From Takakia lepidozioides (Eukaryota; Plantae; Bryophyta), in assembly GCA_030704615.1 (NCBI GenBank), contig CM060731.1:39246001-39310000 (forward strand): a stretch of DNA of 64,000 nucleotides, written 5' to 3'. Numbering within the stretch: position 1 is the first letter of the stretch; every line of letters starts with the position of its first letter. Shown here piece by piece: positions 1 to 13,369 of the stretch. The notes under the pieces were generated by a model. It worked only from the letters and a program-made list of their open reading frames with translations, made no database searches and was not told the DNA's origin. Position numbers and translations under genes: made by a program.

Positions 1-432
1 TTTCATTGACTATTCAAGTTAGGGTGAACATCAGCGACTCCCTCTGGTGACTTTTTCTGCAAATCCCCACATTTTATTTATTTGGAAACAATGACATGAA
101 GAAAGACTGGAAGCTCAAACAGCTTATGGCACTAAGAAAAGTAGGAAACAAGATAATACTTATTTATTTATTTAATCACATGCACTACAGGTTCTAGTAG
201 CTTGTGGGACCAACAAGAGGATAAGAGGAAATACATTAGATCACCATCCACAAGAAGCCATAGGAGAAGATAAAGATGCAAGATAGGTAGACACCCAGAG
301 AAGTTGTGGGACAAGTAGAGAGTGGAAGTAAAAGCATTATGTCCACTGACATAGGAAGAAATTATTTCTCTAAGAAAACACTTGTTGAAGTGGGAAAATG
401 TGGAGGGTTTCACCTGTTTTTGGTGGATTCAG

Positions 433-3400
433 GTGGGACTTGCAATGATAGGCGGATCAAGAGTTGTGTTTCTGGATGAACCCACTTCTGGCCTAGACCC
501 GCAGTCAAGGCGAGGTGTGTGGGAGCTACTGCGTACATTTAAACCAGGGCGAGCAATCATCCTGACCACCCATTACATGGATGAGGCAGATTTGCTGTGT
601 GACCGTATCGCCATAATGAGTGAAGGCCGACTCAGATGCTGTGGCAGCAGCCTTTTCCTCAAGGTACCTACCATCTTGTATATATTCTTGCAAGGTAGTG
701 TCTCTTGATTTTTAGAAAGCCACTTCTATATCAGTTGTGATTTCTGCAGTAATCAATCAGAGGATTCATGGTACAAATTTCAGTAAATGAAATATTCTTC
801 CTTACACATACTTGTTACTTTAAGCTGCCATTGTTCTGACGAAAGACCACAGTTAACACTAAGGGGGTGGGGCAGGCCAAATTCGGAGTGGGGTACAATT
901 TGACCATGACTCGGAGCAGTACCGCCTGCAGTGATTCAAAAGTCTCACAGTTGGTGCGTCAACATATTCCTGAATCTGTTCTTTTGAGCTCAGCGGGAGG
1001 AGAAATGGCATTCCAGCTACCGCTTTCCAACAAGGGAGCATTTGCCCAACTCTTCCATGATCTTGAGCAGCAGAAGGAGGCACTGCACATTGGCAGCTAT
1101 GGGGTATCCATGACAACGTTGGAGGAAGTATTCCTGCGCTTGGCTGGTGATGGTCATACATCAAACCACTCTGCAAGCCCTATCCTTTCGGGCCTTCCAC
1201 ATTCTGAGCATGATGAGAGCCAGAGTGAGACACTCACATTAGGACAGCGTCCAATTTTACATGTAACAGGGATAGCCTTACAGACAAATTCTCCTGTGCA
1301 TGTAAGCACAAATGGTCATCAGAATGGAGTGCAAAATTGGCCAGTAGGATGGATGTCGAATGGAAGAGCTAACAGTAAACACAATGGCCATCACGAGGAA
1401 ATTCCAAATTACAGGAATGTCTACACAAATAAGAATAGACAAAGCAGCTTTGGAAGGGCATTTCTCCAGATGTTCAAGAAGCGTGTCCTGATAGCAAGAC
1501 GTGATTTGAAGGTATGTCAATCACTTTAGCTGTGTGTTCCTGGTAGAGTTCAGCAGCTTTACAGCTAAATGCGTCTTCTCATGTCTGGCTGAGATTTAGA
1601 AGCTTCTCTACTTATTTTGACATCCTTTAGAGAGCTGAGTGGAAGCTATCTAGGGATGCTTATTACAGTTGATGGTTGATCATCCTGTACTCTTTATACA
1701 GGATATCTTTGATATCTTCTATTTATGTGTAGGTGGTACATGGTGTGGTTTGTAGAGAAGTCACATTTAGAGAAAATCTTTGGAGGCTGTTGAGGGTTCG
1801 TTTGGGAATTGAACTAGGTAGGTGGTGATTTTTTGCAGGGTTTGGCGAATTCAATACTTCTCCCTGTATTTGTCATTGCATTCGTTATGTTGATTCTGAA
1901 GCTCAACATTGACCCAGCAGGGCCAGAACTACAGCTTAGTTTTGGCATGTACAGGCCCTTGCTCAGAAGCAAGGCCTTACCTCAAAAGACCATTATTCCT
2001 GTTTCTGGAGCTCCAGCAGGTATTTTGTCCCTTCTGGCTGGAACTAGCTACCTGGAATTCGATGGGAAGAAAGGGATTGATGATAGTGTGCAAATGAGTG
2101 AGCACCTCCTCCAAACATACTTGCAAGTGCCAGCCCGATATGGTAAACCCCTTTCACATACAATGTTTTCATTGCTATTGCATAAGCAGGATGTACAGTG
2201 TAATTCCCCATCTAGCAGTTCTATGTGAGTAGTGATTGTAGGTTATGTCCTGCAGTATGAAGAAGATCATCACTGGGTTTCTTGGCCAGGAATGCCTTTG
2301 TATCTTAAGCAGGGGGCCCACCTAATCATATGTATTGAACACACCTCAAAATTATTTAATAAGAGTTCTTATAGTGCGATGGATGCCAACCATGACTAGA
2401 CACCGGATCACTACGTCATAGTAAAACTAGGCCACTATTGCATTGGACCCACTAACCAAGTCTCAAATATTTGTCATTTCAAGTTTTACATGCAGGGGTA
2501 GCTAATTATGCAGTCTTAACTTGCTTTACTTTTTACAATTAGATTTGCATGTTCTGCAGGTGCTCTCGTGTTCAACGATACATTGTGGCCAGAAGTTAAC
2601 ACGTCATCTTTCCGGAGTCTGAACCTGACACAGTTCCAAACTCTTGTGAACATCCCAATGACTCCTAATTTCAATAAAACCCTAGGCAGCCTCAAAATTT
2701 TGCAGACACAACGTGGGAATGGACTACCATCTCCTATTACACTTCTGTTCAATACAACCTCAGATCACGCGTTTCCAGCATTGATTCAAGAGCTCAGCCA
2801 GTCAAGGCTCCAGACAACCTTGCGAAACCCTGCAGCTACTCTATATGTTTCAAGTCATCCTCTGCCCCTCACCAAGAATGAGGCACTACGGTCACAAACA
2901 GTTTTGACTGTGTTAGCTGCACTTTTTATGCTTATCCCATTCTCCTATCTTGCTGCAAGCTTTGCAGTCTTTGTGGTGCATGAACGAATAGTCAAAGCTA
3001 AGCTTCTTCAGGTAAATTGCTTGAATCCAATACCAGATGACTTAGGTGGCTCCTCATCTAATGGGCTTAGTCATAGACACTGTATATGTAGTTGCATATC
3101 TAAAAGAGTGGGTACGATCATGATTTCAACTTCAGTCAGCCTCTAATTAGCATATGAACCACAGACACGGAAAGAGCTTGTGATCCAAAGAAGCATACCC
3201 GCTGTCCTGCTAGCAGAAGTAAATGGCTCTTGGTTTGGAGGTTTCCTGGGAGTCTTGGAGGGTAGTTTCTAGACTGGCAGATAAGCATGACATTATTGTG
3301 TAGTAGTTGAGATTTGAGCTGGGGAGTCAACTGCAGGATCTGTGGATGGCATTGCCTCATCTGATGGCATGGTTTGGTCGGTCTTTCCATGATGGGTTTG

Positions 3401-6400
3401 CCTATTTGTTGGCTGTTCGGGGCTAGATGCTAAGTGGAGCCAGCTCACATGCATACTGGGCAGCAACATATGCATGGGATATGGTGACATATGCAACCAT
3501 AGTAACCATCACCATGCTGGTGTTTGTGGCCTACCAAGATCAATCCTTCATTGGCTCCTGGACAAAAGCAGGTGCTGCCTTTTCACTTCTGATGGCATTT
3601 GGACTCTCGGTTGTACCTCTCTCTTACTGCTACTCATTCGCCTTCTCCAACCATGCCAATGCCCAGGTCTGCTATCCTCCCTCCCTTCATGCATGGTACC
3701 TTGGTTTCCTTTTTCTATTCTGATCTCCCACTTTAATTGGTCACTCAGAGGAGTAAGGTGAAAGCTCAAGTATGGCTGACAATACTTCTCAGAACATCCA
3801 TCTTTGTACTAGTACGGACTAGTATTTTGCATGGCTGACTTTTTAAAGGTCCCCTTGTTGGTCATACTCAAGCTCCTGCAATCTCTACACCTGACTATCA
3901 ATCTTTTGGGTGCTGAAATCCACCCATTAAATGATTTTCTGCTTATGATGATAGTGAACATTGTTCTCAACGACCTTTGGCTGAGTGGGGCTGTCAGGGT
4001 TGCTCTGTTGTGGGCTGCAGGTGGCAATAGCAGGGATACACTTTTTGACAGGGTTTGGGATGCTTGTTGGCAGTCTTTTGATGGGTGCCCTTGAAGACAC
4101 CAAGGTACCTACCTTGTCATTGGCAACTTATGGTCAATTGTATCATGAATGGGAATGCATCAGTAGACAAAAGTGTACATTATCGGGGGTGGTCTACTCA
4201 TGCAAGGACAAGGCAGCCGTCAAACTGTCTGTTGGTTCCGTACTGTCCAATGTCAAGGCATGTGCAGAAAACCCTGCAAAATTTATCAATGAATTCCTCA
4301 TAAAAGCATCTAAAGTATCTAGCCCCATATTTAAACCTTGAATACTATCACTCGCAACTTTGTTTGCAGCATCCGAGGTTACAAGCAAGAGTACTAGCAG
4401 GGTTTACTAATGCTGCTGCCCCCATTCACATCAGAGCTGAAAAAAACCCATACCATGAACCTTCGGTACTCCAAAATCCCAAGAAGCATGGAATCTGACT
4501 AGAACAAGCAGGAAATTTAAGAAAACCAGATATCTTAATGTATCATAAGAGGATATGACAATAGGGACTAGATTCCGAAGTAGCCATTTGATACTAATGG
4601 AACCTGAGGCAGAGTGACAAGGACATATACTGTAGCCTGTCACTAGGCTCGTCAAGCTTTCAATGGCAAAGACACTCTTGTCATGTGAGGTCCATCCCAG
4701 AACTATATATGTGTCAGCTTTAAAAAAATGATCTCACTTTTTACCTTAGTTTCTGATGCTTGATTGATGAATTCTGCTGAACATCTTGGAATTGGCACGG
4801 CCATCTTTGACCAAAGGACATGTGATGATATCGGATCAACTTTACAGAGGTGTTCGTTTATGTTGCAAACGTTGCAACATTTTCACTCACAGTCACTTAT
4901 TTCAGGTTGTTGGGTGTGATTTGATGCAGGCCCTGAATGACAAGTTGATGCTTATGTATCAACTGTTTCCACCTTACAACTTAGGAAGGGGTCTCGTGAG
5001 CCTCTCAGCTCTTGACTTGGAGAGTACTTTGAAAGGACGAAAAGGTTATCCATACCAATGGGATGTGATAGGGCGCCCTCTTACGTTAATGCTGGCAGAA
5101 GCTGGTGGCTACCTGCTGTTGACACTCATTATTGAAAATGATGTGTTGCTAAGGCTGTGGCACTCTATAAGAGCATCTCCCTCTCCTGCCATTCTTCAGA
5201 CATCGAGCGTGTCTTCCCCTTTAGGTCGGAGTGATCTCTTGTTACTACATTCTTCTTGTGCTCTCCTTCTTCCTTCCTCTTCGTTAAATTTTACTGTGTT
5301 ATTCTGCTGGGTCCCATAGGCCCTCTGGCCTTCCTTCGGCATAATAACTAATCTTTCTTTCCTTCTACTCCTCTTACTCCTCTCCTTCTCTTCTGCTCCT
5401 GCAGTTGCTGATTCTATGAAGTGCTGTGTCAAGCCTAGTGAGTGGGGAGGCACAAGGGAAGTACCATCTTATTGCAGAAGACTAGGGACAACTCAATTAT
5501 GTGCAGTCCATGTTGAAATGAAAGTAGAACTTGCCTTCCCCTTCTTTTTGTCATGTTACTGTGGGGGCCAGGTACTTCATAGGGTAAGGTGGAATGTGTG
5601 TTTTGAATTTTCTTCCCTGCCAACCTTCACTTTCATTTTCTGTGGCAGAGGATACTGATGTAAGTAATGAAAGAGAGCGAGTGGAAGGAGGACTGGCTAC
5701 GGGAGATACAGTGATTGTGCAGCGGCTCCGGAAAGTGTACCCTGGGCATGGTCAGGAAATGGCCAAAGTGGCTGTTAGAGACCTGTCTCTGGCCATTCCT
5801 CCTGGCGAATGCTTCGGATTTTTGTGAGTTTTAAATTTTTCTGTCTCATAGCCTTGGGATGCACTGCAGGAGTTGGTATTTGTAAATTTTTAGTTTGTCT
5901 TCAGACATGACTGCTTTGAGGAGACATGCAAAGAGGTTGTTAAGGTTTTTCCTAAGCAGAAACTGCTGAATTAATGAAAGTGTGACTGGTTACCTTCTAA
6001 GAACAGTTTCACAAGTTAAACATGATTGGGGGCTGCAGAGGAGTGAATGGAGCAGGAAAAACAACAACTCTCTCCATTTTGAGTGGCGACATAAAGCCCA
6101 CAAGTGGTGACGCTTTTATACAAGGTTCCTCTGTCCTGAAGGATTTGGCGGCGGTACAGAAGCTGATGGGTTACTGCCCACAGTTTAATCCATTGCTGGA
6201 CTTGATGACGGCCAGAGAACATCTCCACATGTATGCGAGCTTGAAGGGAGTTCCTGCGTGGGAAGTGGAGGATGTAGTGAATACTTTGGTCAAAGCTGTA
6301 GGGCTTCAGAATTATGTTGATCACGTTGCAGGATCTTACAGTGGTGGCAATAAGCGCAAACTATCACTTGCAATTGCACTGGTAATCTGTCTTGCTTTTC

Positions 6401-7675
6401 CTCTCCTGCATTATATGAGATCCAAGGAAAGTATGGTCTCTCTTTAGAGATCCCGGGAAAAACACTTGTGTAAGGATCGTAATGGTTAGAGCAAATTACC
6501 AATGGTGAAAGGGTACTTCCCCACTGTAAGGCAGAACTTTTTAGCTTTAAGGACCTGAAGAGTAGCCGACCTGCGTGAGACACTTTGGTTAATCTTTTTT
6601 GAAGTGTGTTCTGGTTGTTCTGGTTGTTCTGCTTTGTCCTATGGGCCCCTGAAGCCCCCTCTGGGGATGCTATATCTTTGCCTCCTTTAGTCTCCTCTTT
6701 CAGTGGCCCAAAGGTCCTTTGGGCTTTAATGGACTTCATTGTTATTCTTCCTGCAGTGAAGGCTCCACCATCTAAACCAGGAGTGTCTCCGGCCATGTGG
6801 TTAGGGCAGGAAATCTTAGAGAGTGCATCGCAACTCATGTTAATGTGAGACAGGGAGGACTCATCTGTTGAGGGAGATTGGCAGGTGGGAGATCCGGTGG
6901 TGGTGTTTCTGGATGAACCCAGTAGCGGGATGGACCCAGTGGCAAGGAGAGCCATGTGGAATTTGATAACGGATGCTGTCTTGGACCGAAATGTGAGTGT
7001 GGTGCTCACAACCCACAGCATGGAGGAGTGTGAGGCACTTTGTGGTCGTGTTGGTGTGATGGTTGCTGGCAGTTTGGTGTGTCTGGGCTCCATCCAACAC
7101 ATCAAATCCCGGTTTGGAAATGGTATGATTATGCGGACTCCCCTCTCTTTTTGGTTCTTGGTAAAGAAAATGGAGCAGATCTTTTCAAACAACAAGCTAC
7201 AAAGACCCATGCTGGTGTGCCAAGGCAAGAGATCCTCTTGGTGCTAATGGTTCTGTTGCAATGTGCAGGAAAGTTTCAGTGAATAATTGTTTGAGGTTTC
7301 AGTTCACATGTGCCATATATTTAAATCAGTTTGTGGCTCATACAACTCAGACATTATTGCACAGTCCTCAGGTTGAAATTGGGCTTGGGTGGGTGCGCAG
7401 GCTATACATTGGAAATGAAATGTAAAAGCTTTGAAGCATTGCAGCCCGTCCATCAATTTATGTCACATGCGTTTCCCGATTCAAGGCTTGAGGAGGAGCA
7501 TATGACAAGAGTAAAATATTGTTTGGGTGCGAAGAGTCTATCTCTCGCCCAAGTGTTTAGTGCATTAGAAAGGGAGAAAGAAAGACTAGGACTTGAGGAC
7601 TACAGTGTCAGCCAAAGCACCCTGGAGCAAGTCTTCTTGGATGTAGCAAATGGACCAAACCAAGACGAGCAGTAG
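433..7675 (+). CDS. ABCA: Full-size ABC transporter subfamily A (5'-partial: end of NBD1, TMD2, NBD2)
   Basis: Eleven GT-AG exons join in phase: 433-663, 876-1511, 1839-2142, 2560-3011, 3427-3666, 4021-4104, 4930-5224, 5649-5823, 6039-6381, 6885-7122, 7401-7675. Motifs: [11 protein letters not shown] and [10 protein letters not shown] (NBD1), [17 protein letters not shown] (Walker A), YSGGNKRKL (ABCA signature), [34 protein letters not shown]. Confidence 0.95.
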
Positions 7676-8463
7676 TTGTAGCAGAGCTCACTGCATCAGG
7701 CCCATCATCATATACCTCCAAGCTGCAAGAGGTCAGCACCGCTGACACAAAACAGTTTCCAACTCCCTATGCTCTCCGTCTCTCCTTGAGAGGAGAAAAT
7801 TCGGTGCTAAACTAACTTGTGCATTACAGTAGATTCCACTTTGCAGGGATGTATGCAGCAAACGGTGCGAGGCTAGAAACTCCCATCGACACATAAAAAG
7901 GGTTGTCCTCTTGCACAAGGAAGACCGTTTTCTTAAACTTGTCATCCCTTCGTTAACAGTCATAGAAAACGGCATAACTCTCTTGGCCTTCAAGTGTTAC
8001 TATGTAATTAATACATTTATACTCAATGAGAATTGAGATTGGAAGCCATCACATTATTATGTTTGGTACCTGCCTGTGTTGTGAGATGTCTTTACATGCA
8101 CATTGGCAGATAAGAAAGGATGTGCTTTTATCTTCCGAGGGCCAAGCTACAGTGACTTGGGGAAACCAACAGTTTTGGGCTACTGTGTAATGTACAGGAA
8201 ACAAAAAGTTTAAGTGTAATTGAGTGCATCGCTCATACATCGTTGGAGATTCGTCCTGTATAGCTTGTTGAAGCAATGGTACTCACTACGGTGCTATAAA
8301 TATGTTCCTCTATGCAACTACAGAAAAGGGCAAGGCTCTTTAGACTGAGCCATGATGCCACAGAGGGAGATCCTCTAAAAGAAGTATGAACGTCATAAAC
8401 TCTACAAGAATGATCCTAGGCACTAGTATGGGGAGTGTAGGATTTCGGCATTTGGTCCTCAGA

Positions 8464-10277
8464 TCACTTGGACTTCTTAGACGGCACGCTGCCATCATTC
8501 CCTGCGAGAACTCTGTATTTGTCCTTGCGAGTGAAGTTTGTGCATTTGAAACCGAGTTTGCCCGCGACAACTCTTTGGATGTAGTTGGCAACTTCAGGGG
8601 CTGATTTTCCACCCGTACATGTAAGCTCCTTCGGCAACTGGTTCAAGAATGTAACCTCGTAAACAGGAGTCGGGTTCATGAAGAAGAAGAAAGAATCCAT
8701 GCCCTTCCATCCGGTGGCGGTGGTGCCGTGAAACATGGTCATTTTATTGAGCATCGCGACGGGGACGATCTGGTCGGTCAGCTCGGCAAAGAGCGCTGAG
8801 AAGCGTAGGAGAAATGCCTCCCGACATGTGGTTCCTTCTGGACAGATTACTAAGTCTCCTGCTTCCAAAAGCTTCCGAATGTTGCCAGCATCTTGCTCTC
8901 TGTCGCGGGTCAGAGCAACCAATTTTATTGGGGACAGAAACTCGGAGACACGTGAGATGGAGTAGGTGACCGCAGTGGTGTGTCGCCTAAGGGCTATCGA
9001 GAGGAAGATGGGGTCCAGTAAGGTCCTGTGCGAGCACACAAACAGGACTCCAAGTTGTCCAGCTTCCACTGGAGCTGGAGGTGTTCCTTTGACTTTGACA
9101 CGGACCCCAAGAGCAGCCAAAGCATAGTATGTCATTGGCATATTGGGGAGCAAGGAGATTGCAGCAACCCGAATTATGGAAAGAATGAAACCAATGGGCA
9201 ACCAGACGATAGTGACAAGGGCATTGAGTGGAGTAGGGCGTTGCACTAGACGCCCGTCATGGAACACAACCGTCTTTGGAAGCTTTTCCATCGGAAGGGC
9301 TTCCACCTTGTTAGCAGGTACAATGTAGCCTTCCTGAAGCATCACCAAAACATGAGTCAGATATTAGTTTACCTAGTTGAGGTTCAATTGAAGTGCAACA
9401 CTAGGAGCTAGACTACTCACACACATTGGACACTGACCAAGCCTGCAGTTCTACTGCACAATTTATGAAGTACTAGTTTTCGCCATTACGTGGGCTACTC
9501 TCCCTCTGTGGATACATGGAGTTTTACTCATTCCACCCAGATCAATTGCCTTCTTTAATGCCAGTTTGTACATTCTTTGGTGATGTTTGACAGCGTAATT
9601 CACGTCCCCCATGACCAATGACCAGTGGTAAGAAGGCTCGAACAATATACCTTGCAGAGAGACATGAAGGGGAAGTCAGTCTGACGATCACCCAGGCCAA
9701 CATCGGGTGCATCATCCCCAAAGGTTTTTTTCATAGACTTCTCTTTGTTCACACCCACAAGGACGCCTGGACTTTTGACGAAACCTGTCGCCCGACCACC
9801 ACAGGTTACTTGGATCTCGGACCCAAGCACCCCATCGGCACCCAGATACTCCTTGGCAAAGGTCTCCACCATGATGCGAGGATTCGCAGTCAGCACATAA
9901 CTCTTCCCAAAGGAGTTGAACACACGCCATGTCTCTGGGTGCAGATCCTCGCTGTAAAATTTCGGCAGAACTGCACGGGCTACAGTCTCAATCTGGGTCA
10001 CTTTAAGGCCAGCCAAACTGACAAATATCAAAACTTGGATTCCTGCAGCCTCAGAGACGAAGTTATAAAGAAACCATGCTATGGGTGCGCAGAGGAGGAG
10101 GACCAGAGAACGGAGAACGCCACCGGCCTCGAATGCCACCAGCATGAAATAGGGGAACGAGCTCCGCCCTCTCAACAGGGTTCCATCGAAATCCGAGACT
10201 ACAGTCTGTTTCTCTCTCCCATCGGAGCTACACTTCTCGATGGACTCGAAAAGATGTGGGTCCAGAATTGGTGCCAT
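8464..10277 (-). CDS. GPAT: sn-2 glycerol-3-phosphate acyltransferase with HAD phosphatase domain (GPAT4/6/8-like, cutin-type)
   Basis: Exons 10277-9651 and 9333-8464 (GT-AG, phase 0). HAD motifs DFDGTL and GLGDRQTD; acyltransferase motifs HRTLLD and CPEGTTCRE. Confidence 0.96.
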
Positions 10278-10396
10278 CTTCTTCCCTCTCTGATATTATA
10301 TTACTGGCAAGCTCTCTCAGCCGCCCCTCCGATGAGACGTAAGCCAATTGTAAAGAGCTCTCTAGAGAAGATTTGCAAAGCCTGCGTCTTGCTGCA

Positions 10397-10435
<39 letters not shown>
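10397..10435. repeat. (TG)n(AG)n microsatellite in the GPAT 5' leader/promoter
   Basis: Read directly: tgtgtgtg followed by about 15 AG units, about 120 bp upstream of the GPAT ATG. Confidence 0.9.
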
Positions 10436-10439
<4 letters not shown>

Positions 10440-11872
10440 GTGAAGAGACTCTCGGTCGCTTGTGTGAGATGACATATTTATATGAGCATGGGGGGTTATA
10501 TACAGTATATATCAGTGGAGTTTAATAAATAATTCATAAGCTTTCAAAACTGTCCACCCGCCTCTTCATGGGGGGGGGGAACCTGTGACCCTTCAAAAGA
10601 GGAGGACAATCCGTCCATACAATGAATTTTTGTTGACAAGGTTGATAACCGGGTCCTTTCGTGGGACCAACAACTCATTAGTTGATGGCCACAATTTTCA
10701 ACCGAGTAGGTTGGTGGGTGGGGTGGATGCGGACGGCGATAAGTCCTTCACACGTCAACCGTCCGGTTGATGAGTAGTAGTAGATGGGAAGGTGGATCGA
10801 CTGCCATGTTTGTTTTTTTTTTTTTTTCTGAAGGAGACAGCACATGCGTTTGTGTTGACTAAATAATCACAATGGCCGGAAAGACCGGCCACGTTTGTGC
10901 ATACATGTTTTAGGAACAGTCCCCATGCACAATTTGGTCGTTTGTCCTCATATATATATATGACGCCAACCGAAGCTCGCGTAAATAAGAGCCTCTTCCC
11001 CTTGCGGGAGGGAGGCATGGGCTCTGTGGGCTGTATTTGTCCTCATAAGGTTACCGACCTTTCCTTTCGTAGTTGATGCCATAAGAGGACGACTAGAAGG
11101 GCCTATGCCTATGACCGTTCATCTAAGATGGTGAAAAATCTAACAATGAATTTGTCTTTTTACCCAGGTAGAATTTATAAGATGCCCCACATCCTGGAAC
11201 TACTTTATTGGCTCTGTCCCTTCAGGGCACAGACTTTGCATCATGTTCAAGTCGATGGAGAAAATGTGGTCAAGGGACCTTACACCGTGTCAAGAGTGTG
11301 ATTGGTCTAAAAACGCTCTTAAGTATTACAAGAGCCTCCCATCAAGAATCGAACCCTGCAATGCTATCACCTTACTGTCACGCTACAGGCCGCAACTTGA
11401 AGTCCACCTAGATTCTTAAGTAACTAGGGCTTCGTGTTGCTCCGCACTACTAGCCAACTACATTCAAATTTCACAAAAAGGGCTGGGTCATCCCCATGTT
11501 GTTACTTGTTACATACATACATCCCGTATTTCATTGTTTTTCGCAAGTCATTGCCAGATGTATCAGCTGTCTTAGTGGCTTGGAGTCTCTCGCCTGTCGT
11601 TAACTTGCTTCCAGAGGTAGGGCCCACTCGAGGATGCTTGGAGGGCTAATGAAGTTTTCCAGAAATCTCATGAAGTTTTTTGGAGCAAGTCTGCCATCTC
11701 AAGGGCTATAAATGACCTTGAAGGATCCATATGAACCTGGTAACTGTAGGGTTAACTGGATATGTAATTTTATATTTTACCAATATAATCCACTTACTTT
11801 ATTTTACTCCACAAAATATTCTATTGCTAAATACACTTAGAGTTATATTAAAAACTCTTAGGTGGTCCATAC

Positions 11873-12743
11873 CAGTGTTTTGCGGGTCGGGGTTTTGACC
11901 CCGGGTACCCGGCGGGTTAGGATCCGGGTTACCTGGACTCGCACCCCGGACCCGTGCTATCACTAGTAACCCGGACCTTGACCCGGAAAATGAACCCGGA
12001 CCCGCCTGCTGAGTCCAGGTAAACCGGCTACCCCCGCGGACAAGTGTAGCAGGTAAGGGTCCGGGTCTTAATTTCAGTTGGGGCATGCGGGGTCCACTTT
12101 ATATATGGTAGGTTCTGCAATGGGTCGAGCAATAGCAGCCTGCCAGCCCCCACCAAGTTGTAGCCTAGTGGTAATGGCCATATACCACCTCAAAAGTGGT
12201 TGTGGGTTCAATCCACGGATCGGTGTCACAAAGTTGTGCCCCTTCGGTCGAGTGACACCATAATTTATGCCTCCCGAAGGAGGCGTCATATATTATTATT
12301 ATGAGGCTGGCTCCCACACATCCATGCTATAGTGATATATGAGCCTTGAGGCATATTACTATTGTTAACATGTTTCAGAATTGATATTGAAGAATGGAAC
12401 TCGATTTCTATTTTAATTCTTGTGTTAAATGAGCAATACATATTGAAGGAATGTGTCTTAAAATAAAATTCATTATTAGGATTTAATTTTATTTCAGCCA
12501 AAAATAATTTTATCCAATTAATCTTATTTTTTTAATTTATTTCATAAATTAACTAGGACCCAGATCCGACCCGTGAACCCGCTAATATTTTCCAACAACC
12601 ACCCGGACCCAAATCCGAGTCCGTGTTGAGAAACCCGGACCTGGATTTTTCAAATTTCAAAAATCCGGATCCGGACCCGGACTAGGCTCCAAAAAAATAC
12701 CCGTACCCAAACCCGGCGGGTTCCTTAAAAAGGCACAACCCTG
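11873..12743. mobile_element. Non-autonomous hAT element (MITE-like), 871 bp
   Basis: 8-bp TSD GTCCATAC at 11865-11872 and 12744-12751. Imperfect 11-bp TIRs CAGTGTTTTGC / GCACAACCCTG. Many subterminal ACCCGG/CCGGGT motifs at both ends and an AT-rich core. Confidence 0.88.
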
Positions 12744-13369
12744 GTCCATACCAGGGAGGCCTTGTCATGGCAGTGACTTCGTCATTTACCTCAATGACCG
12801 GCTAACCACAGTTCTTGTCTGTTACTGTCCCAGAAGGAACCCAATTGGGGTCCATCACAGTGTTGGAGGGTGACCACCCACATGATGGATTGTATTCATC
12901 ATCAATATATGGAGACGTTTGTTTTGTTTTGTATTGTTTTGTTTTGTAGATTTGAGATGTCCCCAACCGTGAGGCCCAGCCCTAGTGCTTGGTACCATTG
13001 GAAAGCCCTCGGCGAGGAGGGTTGCACGGGCTTGGTCTCATGATTTTTGGACCTGCGGTGTGAAGATGTGGAATTTCAAGTACTTTGGGTCGCTGGAAAT
13101 TCCCAAAAAATAGCAAAGTGGGAATTCTTGGGACAATGGTTGGAGCCTCGAGAAGAGAGATATCAAGGGAAAGGTCTCCAGTTCAAATCTGGTTGTAGGC
13201 TTTTGGAAAAAAAAAATGCATTTGGACTTAGATGACATTGGACCCTTGGGCCAACGGCAGAGGCTACCCTAGAGGTCGCACTTGGGCCTCGACATAGGAG
13301 ACGCACTTGCATACATAGGAGATTACACTTGGGCTTAGATGACACTTGACACTTGGGCCAACGGCACAC

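Noticed and set aside
6290-7228. 312-aa minus-strand ORF
   Set aside because: Antisense shadow over ABCA exons and one intron; no recognisable domain.
9618-10472. 284-aa plus-strand ORF
   Set aside because: Antisense to GPAT exon 1 and runs through the GA microsatellite.
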